DNA of 64,000 nucleotides from the human T2T-CHM13v2.0 reference genome, Homo sapiens: the NCBI RefSeq assembly GCF_009914755.1, contig NC_060946.1; one strand, 5' to 3'. Of the stretch, positions 1 through 21,390 are shown one piece after another. The translations under genes and the position numbers were made by a program. Within the stretch, counting starts at the first letter, position 1; every line of letters begins with the position of its first letter. The notes beneath the pieces were generated by a model. The model searched no databases, was not told the origin of the DNA, and saw only the letters and a program-made list of their open reading frames with translations.

Positions 1-150
1 TTTGGATTAGGCTGCCTCTGTCTCTCTCACTCTGGCTCTCTGTTTCTCTGTATCTCTCTCTTTCCCTCTGTATGTCTGTCTCTTTGACTCTGTATTTCAT
101 TTACACTCTATCTCTCCAATTCTGATTGTAGATCTGTTCATTTCTCTCTT
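1..150. repeat. CT-rich low-complexity tract
   Basis: Degenerate (TC)n/(TCTG)n sequence visible directly. Confidence 0.7.
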
Positions 151-400
151 TAATTTGGTGAATTTTGCTTTACGTATTTTGAGTCTTTGTTATTAGGTGC
201 ATTCACATTTAGTATTTTAATGTCTCCTTGGTCATTTTATCTTTATGAAATTAATATCTTTATCTCTGATAATACTTGCCTTGAATCGACTTTGTGTGCT
301 TTTAATAGCACACCAGCTTTCTTATGCTTGGTATTTGCATGTTATATCTTTTTTTATCCTTTTTTTTTTCAACCTGTAACTTTATATTTAAAGTGCATCA

Positions 401-541
<141 letters not shown>

Positions 542-659
542 TTATTAAATGTAAGAAAGTGTGGACCGGGCACGGTGGCTTACGCCTGTAATCCTAGCAC
601 TTTGGGGGGCTGAGACGGGTGGATCACCTGAGGTCAGAAGTTCAAGACCAGCCTGGTCA

Positions 660-839
<180 letters not shown>

Positions 840-1365
840 TCATCTCAAAAAAAAAAAAAAAAAGTGCATCATATGACTTGGGTCTTGCTGTTTAAAAACA
901 GTTTGACTGTTTAGTTAATTTATATTTAATGATATGTATAATTGATTAATATGGTTCTGTTTAGCCATCTTGCTGTTTATGTTCTATTTATTCCTTCTGT
1001 TTTGTGTTTCTTTTTTCCCTTTTCTTTTCTTGTCTTCTTTTGGATTGAGTACTTTTTATGATTTCTTTTTTCTTTTTTAGAGACAGGGTTTCCCTATGTG
1101 CCTAGGCTGAACTCAAACTCCTGGGCACATAGTGAATGAAGTGTCTTAAGTGATCTTCTTGCCTCAGCCTCCCAAGTATCTGGGACTACAGGTGTGCACC
1201 ATTGTGCCTGACTTAAAATCTTCTCTTTCTAAAATTAATTTTCTTTCTAGAATTAAAGCTTTCTAGAATTTAAGCTTTTTTTTTTTTTTTTTTTTTTTTT
1301 TTGATACAGGGTCTTTCTCTGTCACCCAGGTTGGAGTGCAGTGGTGCAATCATAGCTCACTGTAG

Positions 1366-1491
<126 letters not shown>

Positions 1492-1966
1492 TAAAGTCAG
1501 TTTCTTATAGAAAACCTACGGTTAGGTCTTATTTTTTGGTCCATTCTAACAATCCTCATCTTTTATTTGCTGCATTTAGGCCATTGACATTTAAAGTGAT
1601 TATTGAGGCCCAGCATAGTGGCCCACACCTGTAATTCCAGCACTTCAGGAGGCCAAGGCAGGAGGATCACTTGAAATCAGGAGTTTGAGACTAGAGTGGG
1701 CAACAAAATGAGACCCTTTTTCTATAAAACAAATTTAAAAATTGGCTGGACGTGGTAGTGTGCCCCTGTAGATTCAGCTACCTGAGAGGCTGAGCTGGGA
1801 GGATTGCTTGAGCCCAGGAGTTTAAGGTGACAGTTATAATTGCTTTACTGCATTCCAGCCTGAGTGACAGAACCAGACCTTGCCTCTAAAACATAACTAA
1901 ATAGTCTGTGCACGGTGGCTCACACCTGTAATCCTGGCACTTTGGGAGGTGGAGGCAGGGGGATCA

Positions 1967-2200
<234 letters not shown>

Positions 2201-2256
2201 TCAGTAAAATAAAAAATAACTAAATAAATGAAGTGTTATTTATGTAGTTGGGTTAA

Positions 2257-2526
<270 letters not shown>

Positions 2527-2802
2527 TGATCTACCGGCCTTGGCCTCCCAAAGTGCTGGAATTATGGGTGTGAGCCACCTGGCCCAGCTACTATTTTCTA
2601 TTTGTTTTCCTTGTTCTTTGTTCCTATTTTTGTCTGCCAGACTTTTTCTGCCTTTTTTTGGCTTTATTTATTTATTTACTTACTTATTTTCTTTTGAGAG
2701 AGAGTCTTGCTCTGTCACCCAGGCTGTAGTGCAGTGGTGCGATCTCTGCTACTGCAACCTCTGCCTCTTGGGTTCAAGCAATTCTCTGCCTCAGCCTCCT
2801 GA

Positions 2803-3465
<663 letters not shown>

Positions 3466-3749
3466 CTACAAGGCAGATCTACTGACAAAAATTCCCTCAC
3501 TGTTTGTTTGTCTGAAAGTCTTCATTTCCCTTTCATGCATGAAGGATAATTTTTCAGGGTAAAGAATTCTAGGTTGATGTGTTTTTTTCCTCTCAATACT
3601 TGGTATATTACTCTCCACTCTCTTGCTTGCATGGTTTCTGCAGAGTTGGTTGTAATTATTATTGTTGCTCCTCTGCAGGAAAGATATTTTTTCCCTCTGT
3701 TTTCTTTTCAGTATTTTTTTATCTTTGATTCTCTGAAGTTTTTCTAAAA

Positions 3750-3794
<45 letters not shown>
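3750..3794. repeat. (TTA)n microsatellite, ~15 units, derived from an Alu tail
   Basis: Directly visible. Confidence 0.95.
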
Positions 3795-3795
<1 letters not shown>

Positions 3796-3928
3796 GAGAT
3801 AAGGTCATACTCTGTCACCTCAGAAGCCTTGAGGCTTCTGGGCTCAAGGGATCCTCCCGCCTCCACCTCTCGAGTAGCTGGGACTACTGTCATGTGCCAC
3901 ACCTGGCTAATTTTTTTTTCTGTTTTGA

Positions 3929-4283
<355 letters not shown>

Positions 4284-5244
4284 TAGTGATCCTCTTGCCT
4301 TGGCCTCCCAAAGTGCTGGGATTACAGGTGTGAGCCACTGCACCCAGCCTGATTTTCTGAAATTTGGATATGATATGCCTACTTGTCATTTCTTGGCATT
4401 TATCCTATATGGTATTCCCTTATCTTCCTAGATCTGTGGTTTGGTGTCTGACATTTTTGGGGGGAAAATTCTGTCATTATTACTTCAAATATTGCTTGTG
4501 TTTCTTTCTCTTTTTTCCTTCTGGTATTCTATTATGCATATTTACATCTTTTGTAATTGTCCCACAATTCTTGGATATTCTGTTCTATTCTTTCAGCCTT
4601 TTTTCTCTTTGCATTTCAGTTTTGAAAGTTTCCATTGTCATATCATCAGGCTTAGAGATTCTTTCCTCAGCCATGTCCAGTCCACGAATAAGCCCATCAA
4701 TGGCATTCTTTATTTCTGTTACAGTGCTTTTTATATCTACCACTTATTTTTAATTATTTCTTAGAATATCTTTTTTTTCTTTTAAAAAAAATTTTTTTTT
4801 AATGTAGAGGCAGGGTTTTACCATGTTACCCAGGCTGGTCTCAAACTCCTGAGTTTAAGCAGTCTACCCACCTCAGCCTCCCAAAGTGTTGGGATTACAG
4901 GCATGAGCCACCACGCCCAGGCCTTTCTTAGAATTTCCATCTCTCTGCTTATAATCCATCTCTTCTTGCATGTTGTCTACTTTTTCCATTAATTCCCTTA
5001 GCATGTTAATTGTAGATTTTTAAAATTCCTGGCCTGATAATCTGAACATTTCTGCCATAACTGATGCAGGTTCTGATGTTTGTTGAATCTCTTCAAACTG
5101 TGTTTTTGCCTTTTAGTATGCCTTGTAATTTTTCACTGGAAGGTAGACATAATGTACTGTGCAAAAGAACTGCAGTAGATAGGCCTTTAGTAATGTAGTG
5201 AGAAGGTATTGGGGAAGGGAAGTGTTCTGGAGTCCTATGATTAG

Positions 5245-5484
<240 letters not shown>

Positions 5485-5819
5485 TAGTAGAGATGAGCTT
5501 TCACCGTGTTGGCCAGGCTGGTCTTGAACTCCTGAGCTCAGGCAGTCCACCCATCTTGGCCTCCCAAAGTGCTAGGATTGTAGGTGTGAGCCACTGCACC
5601 TGGCCTAGGTCTCAGTCTTTAGATGAGCTTGTGCCCTTGGACTGTGAACTTCACCAGTGTGTCTCAGTTGTTGTTTTGTTTTGTTTTTGTTTGGGGGTTG
5701 TTTTGCCCCTTAGGTGGGACAGGTTATCTAGAGGGAGTTAGAGTTGGATATTTCCCTTCTTTCATGTGGAAACTAGAGGGAGCTGGAAGTGGGTATTTCG
5801 CTTCCTCCAGGTTGCTTAG

Positions 5820-6409
5820 TGTTGGGAGAAAAGCTGAGTGTTGGGAGGGAAGCTGAGGCAGGGCTTGCACGTCTGACATAATGTAAAAGAGTCTTGGAAC
5901 ATGTCTGGGGTCCAGGGTCAAGAACCCCTCGTGGCCTTTGGAACACCAAACTCTGTGCTAAAGGGTGGAAGGCTACCCTGCCACACCGTAATCTAAGCCC
6001 AGGGCATAAAACCCCTCGTGACTTGGATGGAATCCAGGGCTCAGGGCATAAAACCCCTCGTGGCCTCTGGAATGTGTCTAGACTTGCTGGCTCCTTGCTT
6101 CTAGCACTCCCATTACCTCAAGTAGCAGAACATGTTCCATATGCTTCAAAGAAAATGCTAAACTGTCACAGCTGTAAATCATGCGCTTGACGCATCGCAT
6201 TCTCTCAACCCCCACATCCTTGCCACCTGTTTCTTTGTTTGATCACCAGTAAATAGTGTGGGCTCCCAGAACTCGGGGCCTTCACAGCCTCCATACTTGT
6301 GTTGGCCCCCTGGACGCACTTTCTCTCTCAAACTGTCTTTTCTCATTCCTTTGACTCTGTCAGACTTTGTCGCCCCCATGACCTGGTGTTGGGTCCGATC
6401 ACTCCAACA
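5820..6409 (+). mobile_element. Solo ERVK-class LTR (LTR14C-like), ~590 bp
   Basis: TGTTGG...CCAACA termini; 6-bp TSD GCTTAG/GGTTAG (5/6 match); internal ACCCCTCGTG repeats; AGTAAA near 6248. Subfamily name is from memory of the consensus. Confidence 0.8.
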
Positions 6410-6906
6410 GGTTAGGCTCTGGTAAAGTAGTTTCTCCTGAGTCAGGCTTTGTTCAGAACAGAATGCTTGGTCTATTTCAAAATGATGCCTTCTCTCCTCT
6501 CCTTGCTGGAAGGACAAGGGCATTTTTCTCTGATATTCACTGTGAGGGCCTTGTAGAGCTCCTTGAGGTAAAACTCATGAAAGGAGGGATGTGGGTCTGA
6601 CTGGGTCCCCCTGGAGTTTTTAACCCTAAGACTGGTCTACACTGAGCCTCCAGAAGTTCATCAATTACAGTTTAGGTTTTCCTACCCTGGCCCTGGTTCC
6701 TCTGGAGGCTTGTGCTTGTGGGTTTCTGCTTTAGTAAGTTGTGATAGTCTGGATTTGCCTCTCCAGCTTTGGGGGCAATCGTTTGCCTATGGTCTCACTT
6801 CTCCAACAGATCTAAGAAGAGTTGTTGATTTTTCAGTTTTTTTCAACTTTCCACTTGTTGTTAAGATGGAATGATAACTTCTAAGGTCTTTTTATTTTCG
6901 AGATGA

Positions 6907-7100
<194 letters not shown>

Positions 7101-8937
7101 TGAACTTGTGACCTCAGATGATCCGCCTGCCTCAGCCTCCCAAAGCACTGGGATTACAGGCCTGAGCTACCGCACCCAGCCAACAACTTCTAACCTCTTT
7201 ACATGCCAGGTTGGAACCCAGAAGTCTGTTTTGTTTTGTTTTTAAATCAAATTTGAAAAAAAAAAAGGTCAACATTTCCCCAAACATTTTTTTTCTGTTT
7301 CTGCTCTCCAGTATGTCCTTCTGGAACTCCATTGATTTTCTCCCATGAGTCACTGAAGTTCTGTTAGTTTTTTAAACAATCTTTGTCTCTCTGTGCTTTA
7401 TATTTCTTTATTTTACTTTTTTGAGATAGGGTCTTGCTCTGTCGCCCAGGCTGGAGTGCAATGGTGTGATCACAGCTCACTGCAGTCTTGAGCTCCTAGG
7501 CTCAAGCAATCCTCCCACCTCAGCCTCCTGAGTAGCTGGGACTACAGGTGCACACCACCATATCTGGCTTGTTTTTTTGTTTGGTTTTTGTTTTTTCATT
7601 TTTAGTAGAAATGGGGTTGCTCAGGTTGGCCCCAAACTCCTGGCCTCAAGCTATCCTCCCACCTTGGCTAGGGAGCTATCCTCCCACCTTGGCCTCCCAA
7701 AGTGCTAGGATTACAGGCTCTGTCTGTACTTTAAATTATTCCATTGATCTATGTTCAAGTTGATTGATTACTTCTTCTGTTGTGTCCAATCTTATGTTAA
7801 TTTCATCTGATAATTTTCTATTTCTGGTATTATCGTTTTCACTTCCAGGATTTCCATTTGATTCTTTTTTATAATTTATATATCTCTCCTAAAATTCTCC
7901 ATCTTATCACCCATGATATCAATTTCAGTAGATTCTTTAACATATTAATCATAGATATTTTAAACTCCTTTGCTAATTCTAACATATAGGTCGGCTGTGG
8001 ATCTATTTCTATTGACAGATTTTTCTCTTGAATATAGGTCACATTTTCCTGTGTCTTCACATCTAGTAATTTTTTGTTGCACACTGGACAAAGTAGATAA
8101 TATGTTGAAAAGACTCTAAATTCTGTTATCTCCTGAAGAGTATTGAGTTTTATTCTAGAACAGTTAAATTATTGATGGGTCATCTTGCTCTTTTAGAGAC
8201 TTAGTTGTAGGTTTTATCAGAGAGAATCTCTGGTTTTGCTCTTAGTCCTAGGAAAAATCCCTTAATCCTGAGATAGGGTCTTTCTTCCTAAGTCATGGCT
8301 GTTCTAGAGTTTCATTAGAAAGCTTTAGGTGTTCACAAGCACCTCTAACTTGGTTGGACTGGAACTCTAAACTCTGTCTCCTATATGGTGGGCAATTTTT
8401 GACATCTTTAGTCAGTTCTACCAATCTGTTGGTTCTCCCCCTCTGGGCTCCTTGGAGTATTGCCCTGTGATTGGTCAATCCAGGGACCATCCAAGCGTCA
8501 GAAAGGAACATTTATGCAGATTTAGTTCCCCCACTTGTAGCTCCCTGCTTCCCAGTATTTCTCATCAATTTCTTGCTTCTCTGGCAACCTCAACCTCTGA
8601 TTCCTGAGGCCAATAAAACTGAAACTTTCTGCTTGAGCTCTGTTTTGCCAGGCTGATGGGGCTGAGGTGCACCCTCTGAGGAAAAGCTGTAAATATATGG
8701 ATTTTACCCAATGCCATTCCCTTCTTTTAAGGGTTGAATATTCTCCAGTGTCTGTCTGCTTTTTATTACTTTCCGTTGCCTTCAATCAGTTGGTTTTTGC
8801 TTTGTATCCAATACAAGCTACTTTCTGTTTCTCTAAGTTTCTCTCCCTTTCCCCGCTCTTTTTCCTCCCTCTTTTTTTCCCGTCCCTTTCTGTCTCCTTG
8901 CCTTCCTCACTGCTGCTATCTCTGTCTCTCCTTGCAG

Positions 8938-8982
8938 GGGGAACCTGGCCCTAAGGGAGACCCTGGTGAGAAGAGCCACTGG
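8938..8982 (+). CDS. EMID1: EMID1 exon, end of collagen domain (GEPGPKGDPGEKSHW)
   Basis: Pyrimidine tract + ttgcAG acceptor, GTAAGC donor, 45 nt, Gly-X-Y repeats, phase 0/0. Confidence 0.95.
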
Positions 8983-9389
8983 GTAAGCTCTGGCCTGGCA
9001 CTGGCCTCTCCCTGCCTTCTCAGCCCTACATGCTCAAGAGAGTATTCCCTCCCCAGGAGGCCCTGGGAGTGGGAGCATCCCATCCACATCCCCACTACAG
9101 CCTGGTCTCCCAGGCAGGAGCCTTGGCAATTATCAGCCCCAACTCCTTCCCCCATCTTGTTGCTCCCAACCGGGCAGGGCCAGCCCTATCAGCAGACCCC
9201 ATGCCTTCTGTCTCAGTCTCTGTCCCTGTCTCCACCTTCCCTCTGTGGCCTTTCCAGGCCAGGGTGGCTCTGCCTTTTCCTCCTGGGTGGTTTGGGCTGA
9301 CCCAGGCCAGACTGCATCCCCTGCCTCCATAGCCCCCTCCCAGCCAAGGCTTAGCTTGCTCCCTTGTCTGCAGAACAAAGGGAAGAATG

Positions 9390-10390
<1,001 letters not shown>

Positions 10391-11389
10391 GAAGCTCTTT
10401 TTGGCGGTGGGGGGGATTGTGACTCCCCCTCCACATGCAGTCTGGCTGGGACACCCTACTTCCTGGCAGTCACAAGTTAGTGAGGATGTGGGTGGCACCC
10501 AGTGCCTGCCTTGCCCTCTTAGTTCTTGATTGTGGGGTCAGTGATGGATACAGCCGTGGGAGCCCCCTACCCTGCACGAGTCTTCCCCTGTGTCTGCCCA
10601 TGACTTCTGGTGCCCTGCTACCTCTCCAGTTAGCCTCTCCTGGCCCCTGCTGTCCTGAATCTCCTCCTACCCCATACCCATCCTCCGTAGCTCCAGAGTC
10701 TCTTAATACTGCCAGTATGGACATGAGCTGAGCTGGGATCAGATAGACCCATGCAAGCCTGGCTCTCTGCCTCCCCTAGGCTAATTACTGGCCTCTCCCA
10801 GAGGCCCTTGGTCTGGGAACACATTTACCACCCAGTCCAGGAGGGGTGGGAGAGATTGGGCAGTCCTGTCCCTTCATGAGAATCCCCGGCAGGATGCCCT
10901 GGCCACCCTAGACCAGTCCTTGAACCCAGAACCACCTGTGGGCTCCCCGCAAGAGGTAGCAGGGCCCCTGCCCACCCACCTTCCTGCCCCTCTTCTACCT
11001 GCACTTCTGCCCCTGCTTGCTGCTTGCCTGGGAGGGGACCCACTGGGCTGGGGGCTGCATGAAGCTTTGGGGGCTGGGGGAACAGCTCTGTTGGGGACAG
11101 GTGGGAATGAGGTTCAGTGCTGGCAAGGTCCCCGAGGGCTCCTATGTACACTTCACCAACCAACTCCCTTAGTGCAGCTTGCAGATGCGTTCTGGCTGTG
11201 GCCCAGCAGTGACACCTGGTGGTCATGATAGTGCACTGCAGGAACTGAAGTGACTGTGCTGGGCCTGCCCACCTGGATCAAAGCTCTCACCCCTTATTCA
11301 GACAGGGAAACTGAGGCCCGACTCGGCAGAGAGAATCCTTGGCAGAGCGGGAACTGGAGCCCTGACTTTTAAGTTCCTAGGGCCAGAGA

Positions 11390-12070
11390 ACCAGCTACCA
11401 TTCCCCAAGCATCTCCTCCATAGGCACCAGACCTGGAGCTGGGCACTGTTTACACAGATGCAATTCAGACACAGTCCCCACCCTCAGGGTGGTCACAGTG
11501 AGGTGGGGGAAAAAAGACCTATAATCAGCAGCTACAGGACTGTCAACTTTATAAACACTTTACACTTTAGCATCCTCCCGGAGGAGCCAGGTGAAGCCTG
11601 AAAGGTGCATTAACCAGGCACGGAGTGTCCAGGCAGAGGCGAGGGTACAACAGGTGCAAAGGCCCTGTGGCAAGAGGGAGCCTCGGATATTTGAGGAGCT
11701 GCAAATACTTGGAGTGGCACTGTGACAGGTAGAGAGTGGAACAGAGGCCAAAGAGGCCTTCAGGGTGTAGGAGGCCACGTTCAGGAATTTGGACTTTGTT
11801 CTAGGGCAGTGGGGAGGCATTGAAGGCTCTAGAAGCAGCAGAGTGATGCGGTCAGGTTTTTTTTATTTGCAAAGAATCCCTCTGATTGCCATGGCGAATG
11901 GATGGGAGAAGCAGAAAGACAGTAGGTCGGGGGCTGTCGTGGTCATCCTGGTGAGAGACTGAGCCGGGCAGTGGGTGGGAGCCAGTGAGGACAGACAGCC
12001 GTCGATGGAGCAAAAAGACACTTGTGTGCTGGTCTGGCTGCAAAAGGGAGTGAGGAGTCAAGGGAGACTT
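11390..12070 (-). mobile_element. L2 fragment
   Basis: L2-like motifs (GGCACTGTT...CAGACACAGTCCC, GTGCAAAGGCCCTGTGGC, GGACTTTGTTCT). Boundaries approximate. Confidence 0.6.
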
Positions 12071-12329
12071 AAAATAGCAAAAGAGAACCAGGAGAAGCAA
12101 GCAGGCTGAGTTTTGTCTGTGGACCAACGGGAGGAGTCTGTGTTACAGCCAAGTAGGGTTGTCCAGCAGGCCCAGACACTTAGATCCGGAGTGCAGAGGG
12201 CAGGCCAGGCTGAAGGAGACTGGGTTGTCATCAGTGCAAACATCAGGCCACCTGGTCTGAGGGAGTTCCAAACAGTGGATTTTAAAAACACTTTTCCCCA
12301 TATTTTTCTTTTTAATTTTATGTTTTAAA

Positions 12330-17601
<5,272 letters not shown>

Positions 17602-18505
17602 GCGAAGGTCATTCATTTTTAGATCCTGCCCCTGTAATACTCGAAAGGGGATTACTTTGGCATGCAGCTCGCGGTGACCCTGGGACCCCCAGGCTGAAAT
17701 GGCCATTCAGCGGCCTGAGGGTCACCCGATCCATGTGATGTGGACAGGACAGCTGGATCACAAGGGTCAGCCCCAGCGAGCAGGCTCACTCATGATGGAC
17801 ATATTGAGAGACCTCTTAGTTGTTTAGATGGTTTTGTGGGAAGCAGCAACCTTAAAGGGTTGGCTTGTAATTATACAATTATGCATATTGTCTATCCCTT
17901 CACTTATCTGTACTGAGTAAAGGGCACCAAGAGAGATTTCCAGATGTTGTCAGAGCTGGGATAGTTCTATTTGTCATCCTGGTGCACTGTTGGAATTGAG
18001 AGATCTACATTCTGGAAATAGCTTTGGTCTGGACTAGGAAAGAGGAAGGAGTGAGGGAGTGTGGAGCGTTGTCAAGACTATGGACCATATGCTGGGGAAG
18101 GAAAGGATGCAGATGGGGAGAAAGAGATGAGGTCTCTGGCATGAGCCCTGGGTAGCAGCTGGTACCACTTGGGGAGTGGGGAGCCCCAGAGCTGGTGGCC
18201 TTGGAGGAGGGGCTTTGTGAGCCCAGTGCCACATCCCTGGGGTCTGGGAGCCAGAGACAGGGAGAAGCAGACCCGTACTGCTAAGAGGAGAGGGCTGGGC
18301 TGAGGGTGACGCATCAGGATGTGCCAGATTGTGGACCTGGCATAGTCTAAGCCCTGGGAGAGGTGAGCACTGTTTTCCAGGCAGGGAGCCCAAAGCGTGA
18401 AGACCTGGGGAAGGGACAGAGTGCTGAGCCTCAGGTTTCTCAGAATTTTAAGCGCAAGTTCTCCAAAAGCAATGTAACTCAAACCTTGTCTAATTTTATT
18501 GACAT

Positions 18506-19167
<662 letters not shown>

Positions 19168-19698
19168 ATATTCATTTGGGCATAAGTGGAAATACTGGTA
19201 AGTAGCCTGAACTCACTGATCGGAGTAATTAGGGTGAGGCTAATGTGGTGATTTAAAGCAAAAAGAATGTGAAGTAAATAAGCATATAGGTGGCCAAGAG
19301 ATATAGTCATGCAGGTGTTGGGAGAGCAACTGGTGCTGGGCGACAGACATTAGAGGACAGGAGGGCTCCCAGCAGCTTCTGGGACTGCCGTTCTGCCCCT
19401 GAAGATTGGCTCCCCCTGCCTTCAGCGCAGCAGGATTTGCGGCCTTGTCAGAGAGCAGCCAGCTGGGATCCAACGGGACCTTCTGGGAGGTCCTGCAGGG
19501 GTTGCTTCCTTCCGTCTGCCTTGTTGTCCCCCTCCTGTCCTCACCTGGTCTTGTTCTGGCTGTCCATGGACCCTGGGCTGTGGCAGGTAGTGTGGGGCTG
19601 CAGGTGCATGTCCCGGGTGGGGCATGGGCCACCGACGGGCTTTGCAGGGTCCCCTCCCCTGCCCCCTTCACGGCTGCATCTGTCTCTTTCCTCCACAG

Positions 19699-19783
19699 GG
19701 GGAGGGGTTGCACCAGCTACGCGAGGCTTTGAAGATTTTAGCTGAGAGGGTTTTAATCTTGGAAACAATGATTGGGCTCTATG
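19699..19783 (+). CDS. EMID1: EMID1 penultimate exon, variant A (GEGLHQLREALKILAERVLILETMIGLY), coiled-coil-like
   Basis: ctccacAG acceptor, GTGAGT donor, 85 nt, phase 0/1; resembles the COL26A1 (EMID2) QLREALKILAERVLILE motif. Confidence 0.95.
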
Positions 19784-20762
19784 GTGAGTAGAGACAGACA
19801 GACGGACAGACGGCCCAGCCCCTGCCTGCCAGCCTTCCCCAAGCCCTCCTGGGGTGGAACTGGCCTGAGCCCAGTCATGAGGCTGGAGAAGGTGCCTGCC
19901 CCAGGCAAGCATGGACCTGAGAGGCCACAACCACCCTTCCCTCAATGACTGGTTCCCTCCTCCATGGGTGCAGGGGTGCCCTAGAAACCCGGGCCCTGCT
20001 GCTGTGGTCAGACCTGGGCCTCTAAGCATTATGGGTAGTGTGGTTTCTAGGCCTGCAGGGAACCAGAGATGAAAGATTTTAAGTTTGGAAGAAATTATGG
20101 GCAATGGAACCAAACTCCACTCCAGCAGTGGGATTGTGGGTAACAGAGCCAGACTCCTGGAGTGCAAGGAACCATGGGGAATCCAATCACAGCTCAGGGC
20201 AACAGGAGGATTATAGGTAATGGATCCAGACTCTAGTCAGCCTTCAGTTCTAGAGAAATCATGGGTAACAGAGTCAGGCCCGCAGGACAATAGGTCATGG
20301 AGCAAGACTCCAGAAGGGCAGGGGACTGTGGGTGACAGAGCTAGGCTCAGGCCCCAGGGGACTCTGGGTAATACACCACCTACTAGTTCTGACTTTCCTC
20401 TCCCATAAGCCTCCAGAGGCTCTCACAAGGCAGATCCTCCTGGTCCCAGGTGTCCCCTTTGCAGTTTTCCCTTTGGTCCTCCTAACCTGTTCTGTTGGTC
20501 CCTTTAGGGGACTAAGAGAGCCAGGCCCTCACCCCAGGCATTCATTCACCCAGAAACTCTCCACCCATGTGGTTATTTGAGGAGCCAGGCCAGCCCTGTC
20601 CCCACCATAGGAGGGGAAACTGAGGTCTCAGTACTGAGACTCACTCCCAGGCTCCTGCCCTGACGCCAGCTGGCAGTGCCCTCCCACCCTCCCCGCTTGG
20701 CTCCCCAGCCCAGCCCTCGGAGGCCAGACTCGCACCGTCTGCTCTTCTCCATCTCCCATCAG

Positions 20763-20853
20763 GCTCCTAGCTTACAGAGCTTCCTGCAGCAGCAGGCTCA
20801 GCTGGAGCTCCTGGCCAGACGGGTCACCCTCCTGGAAGCCATCATCTGGCCAG
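20763..20853 (+). CDS. EMID1: EMID1 penultimate exon, variant B (APSLQSFLQQQAQLELLARRVTLLEAIIWP)
   Basis: Pyrimidine tract + catcAG acceptor, CAG|GTAATG donor, 91 nt, phase 0/1, homologous to variant A. Confidence 0.85.
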
Positions 20854-21019
20854 GTAATGGCAGGGCGGGCAGGCAGGGGCAGCCTCTTCCAGGAAGGGCC
20901 TGGAAAAGGCCTGGGCATGCAGAAGGCGCCTTCCGATGCTTGGCCCAGGCCAGCGGACACTCATTCTTCATCCAGCCAGCCAGCCAGCAAATGGTGCCTG
21001 GCAGAGAGAAGGCTCTGGT

Positions 21020-21390
21020 CACTTGAGTGAATGCGCACCTGCTCTGTGCCAGGCACCTTGCTGGGACAGGCTCCACAAGATAAGACAGACACAGTCCTGC
21101 CCTTGAGGAGTGTAGGGTGCTGGGGGGCTCAGGAGAACCCTGACACTGGTAGAGAAACCCAGGTGAGCTACACTGCAGGAAAGGGAGTACAGGCAGCCAT
21201 GGAAATACAGAAGTGCCTCTGGCCTGGCCCAGAGGAGGTTGGAGGGGGGTCAGGGAGGTCTTCCTGGAGGAGGTGATATCTAAGTGAAGACTTGAAGGGC
21301 AAGGATCTGGGGAGAGTGAACAGGCAGAGAAACAGCATAAGCGAAGGCCAAGAGACCAGAAGGAGCCTAGAAGCAACAGAATCTGGCAGG
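21020..21390 (-). mobile_element. L2 fragment
   Basis: GCACCTGCTCTGTGCCAGGCACC...ACACAGTCCTGCCCT, CTTCCTGGAGGAGGTGA motifs. Confidence 0.6.

Noticed and set aside
17623-17672. Possible extra EMID1 exon after ttttttAG-like acceptor
   Set aside because: The phase-0 frame stops after ILPL and the following donor is weak; no homology to the A/B exons.
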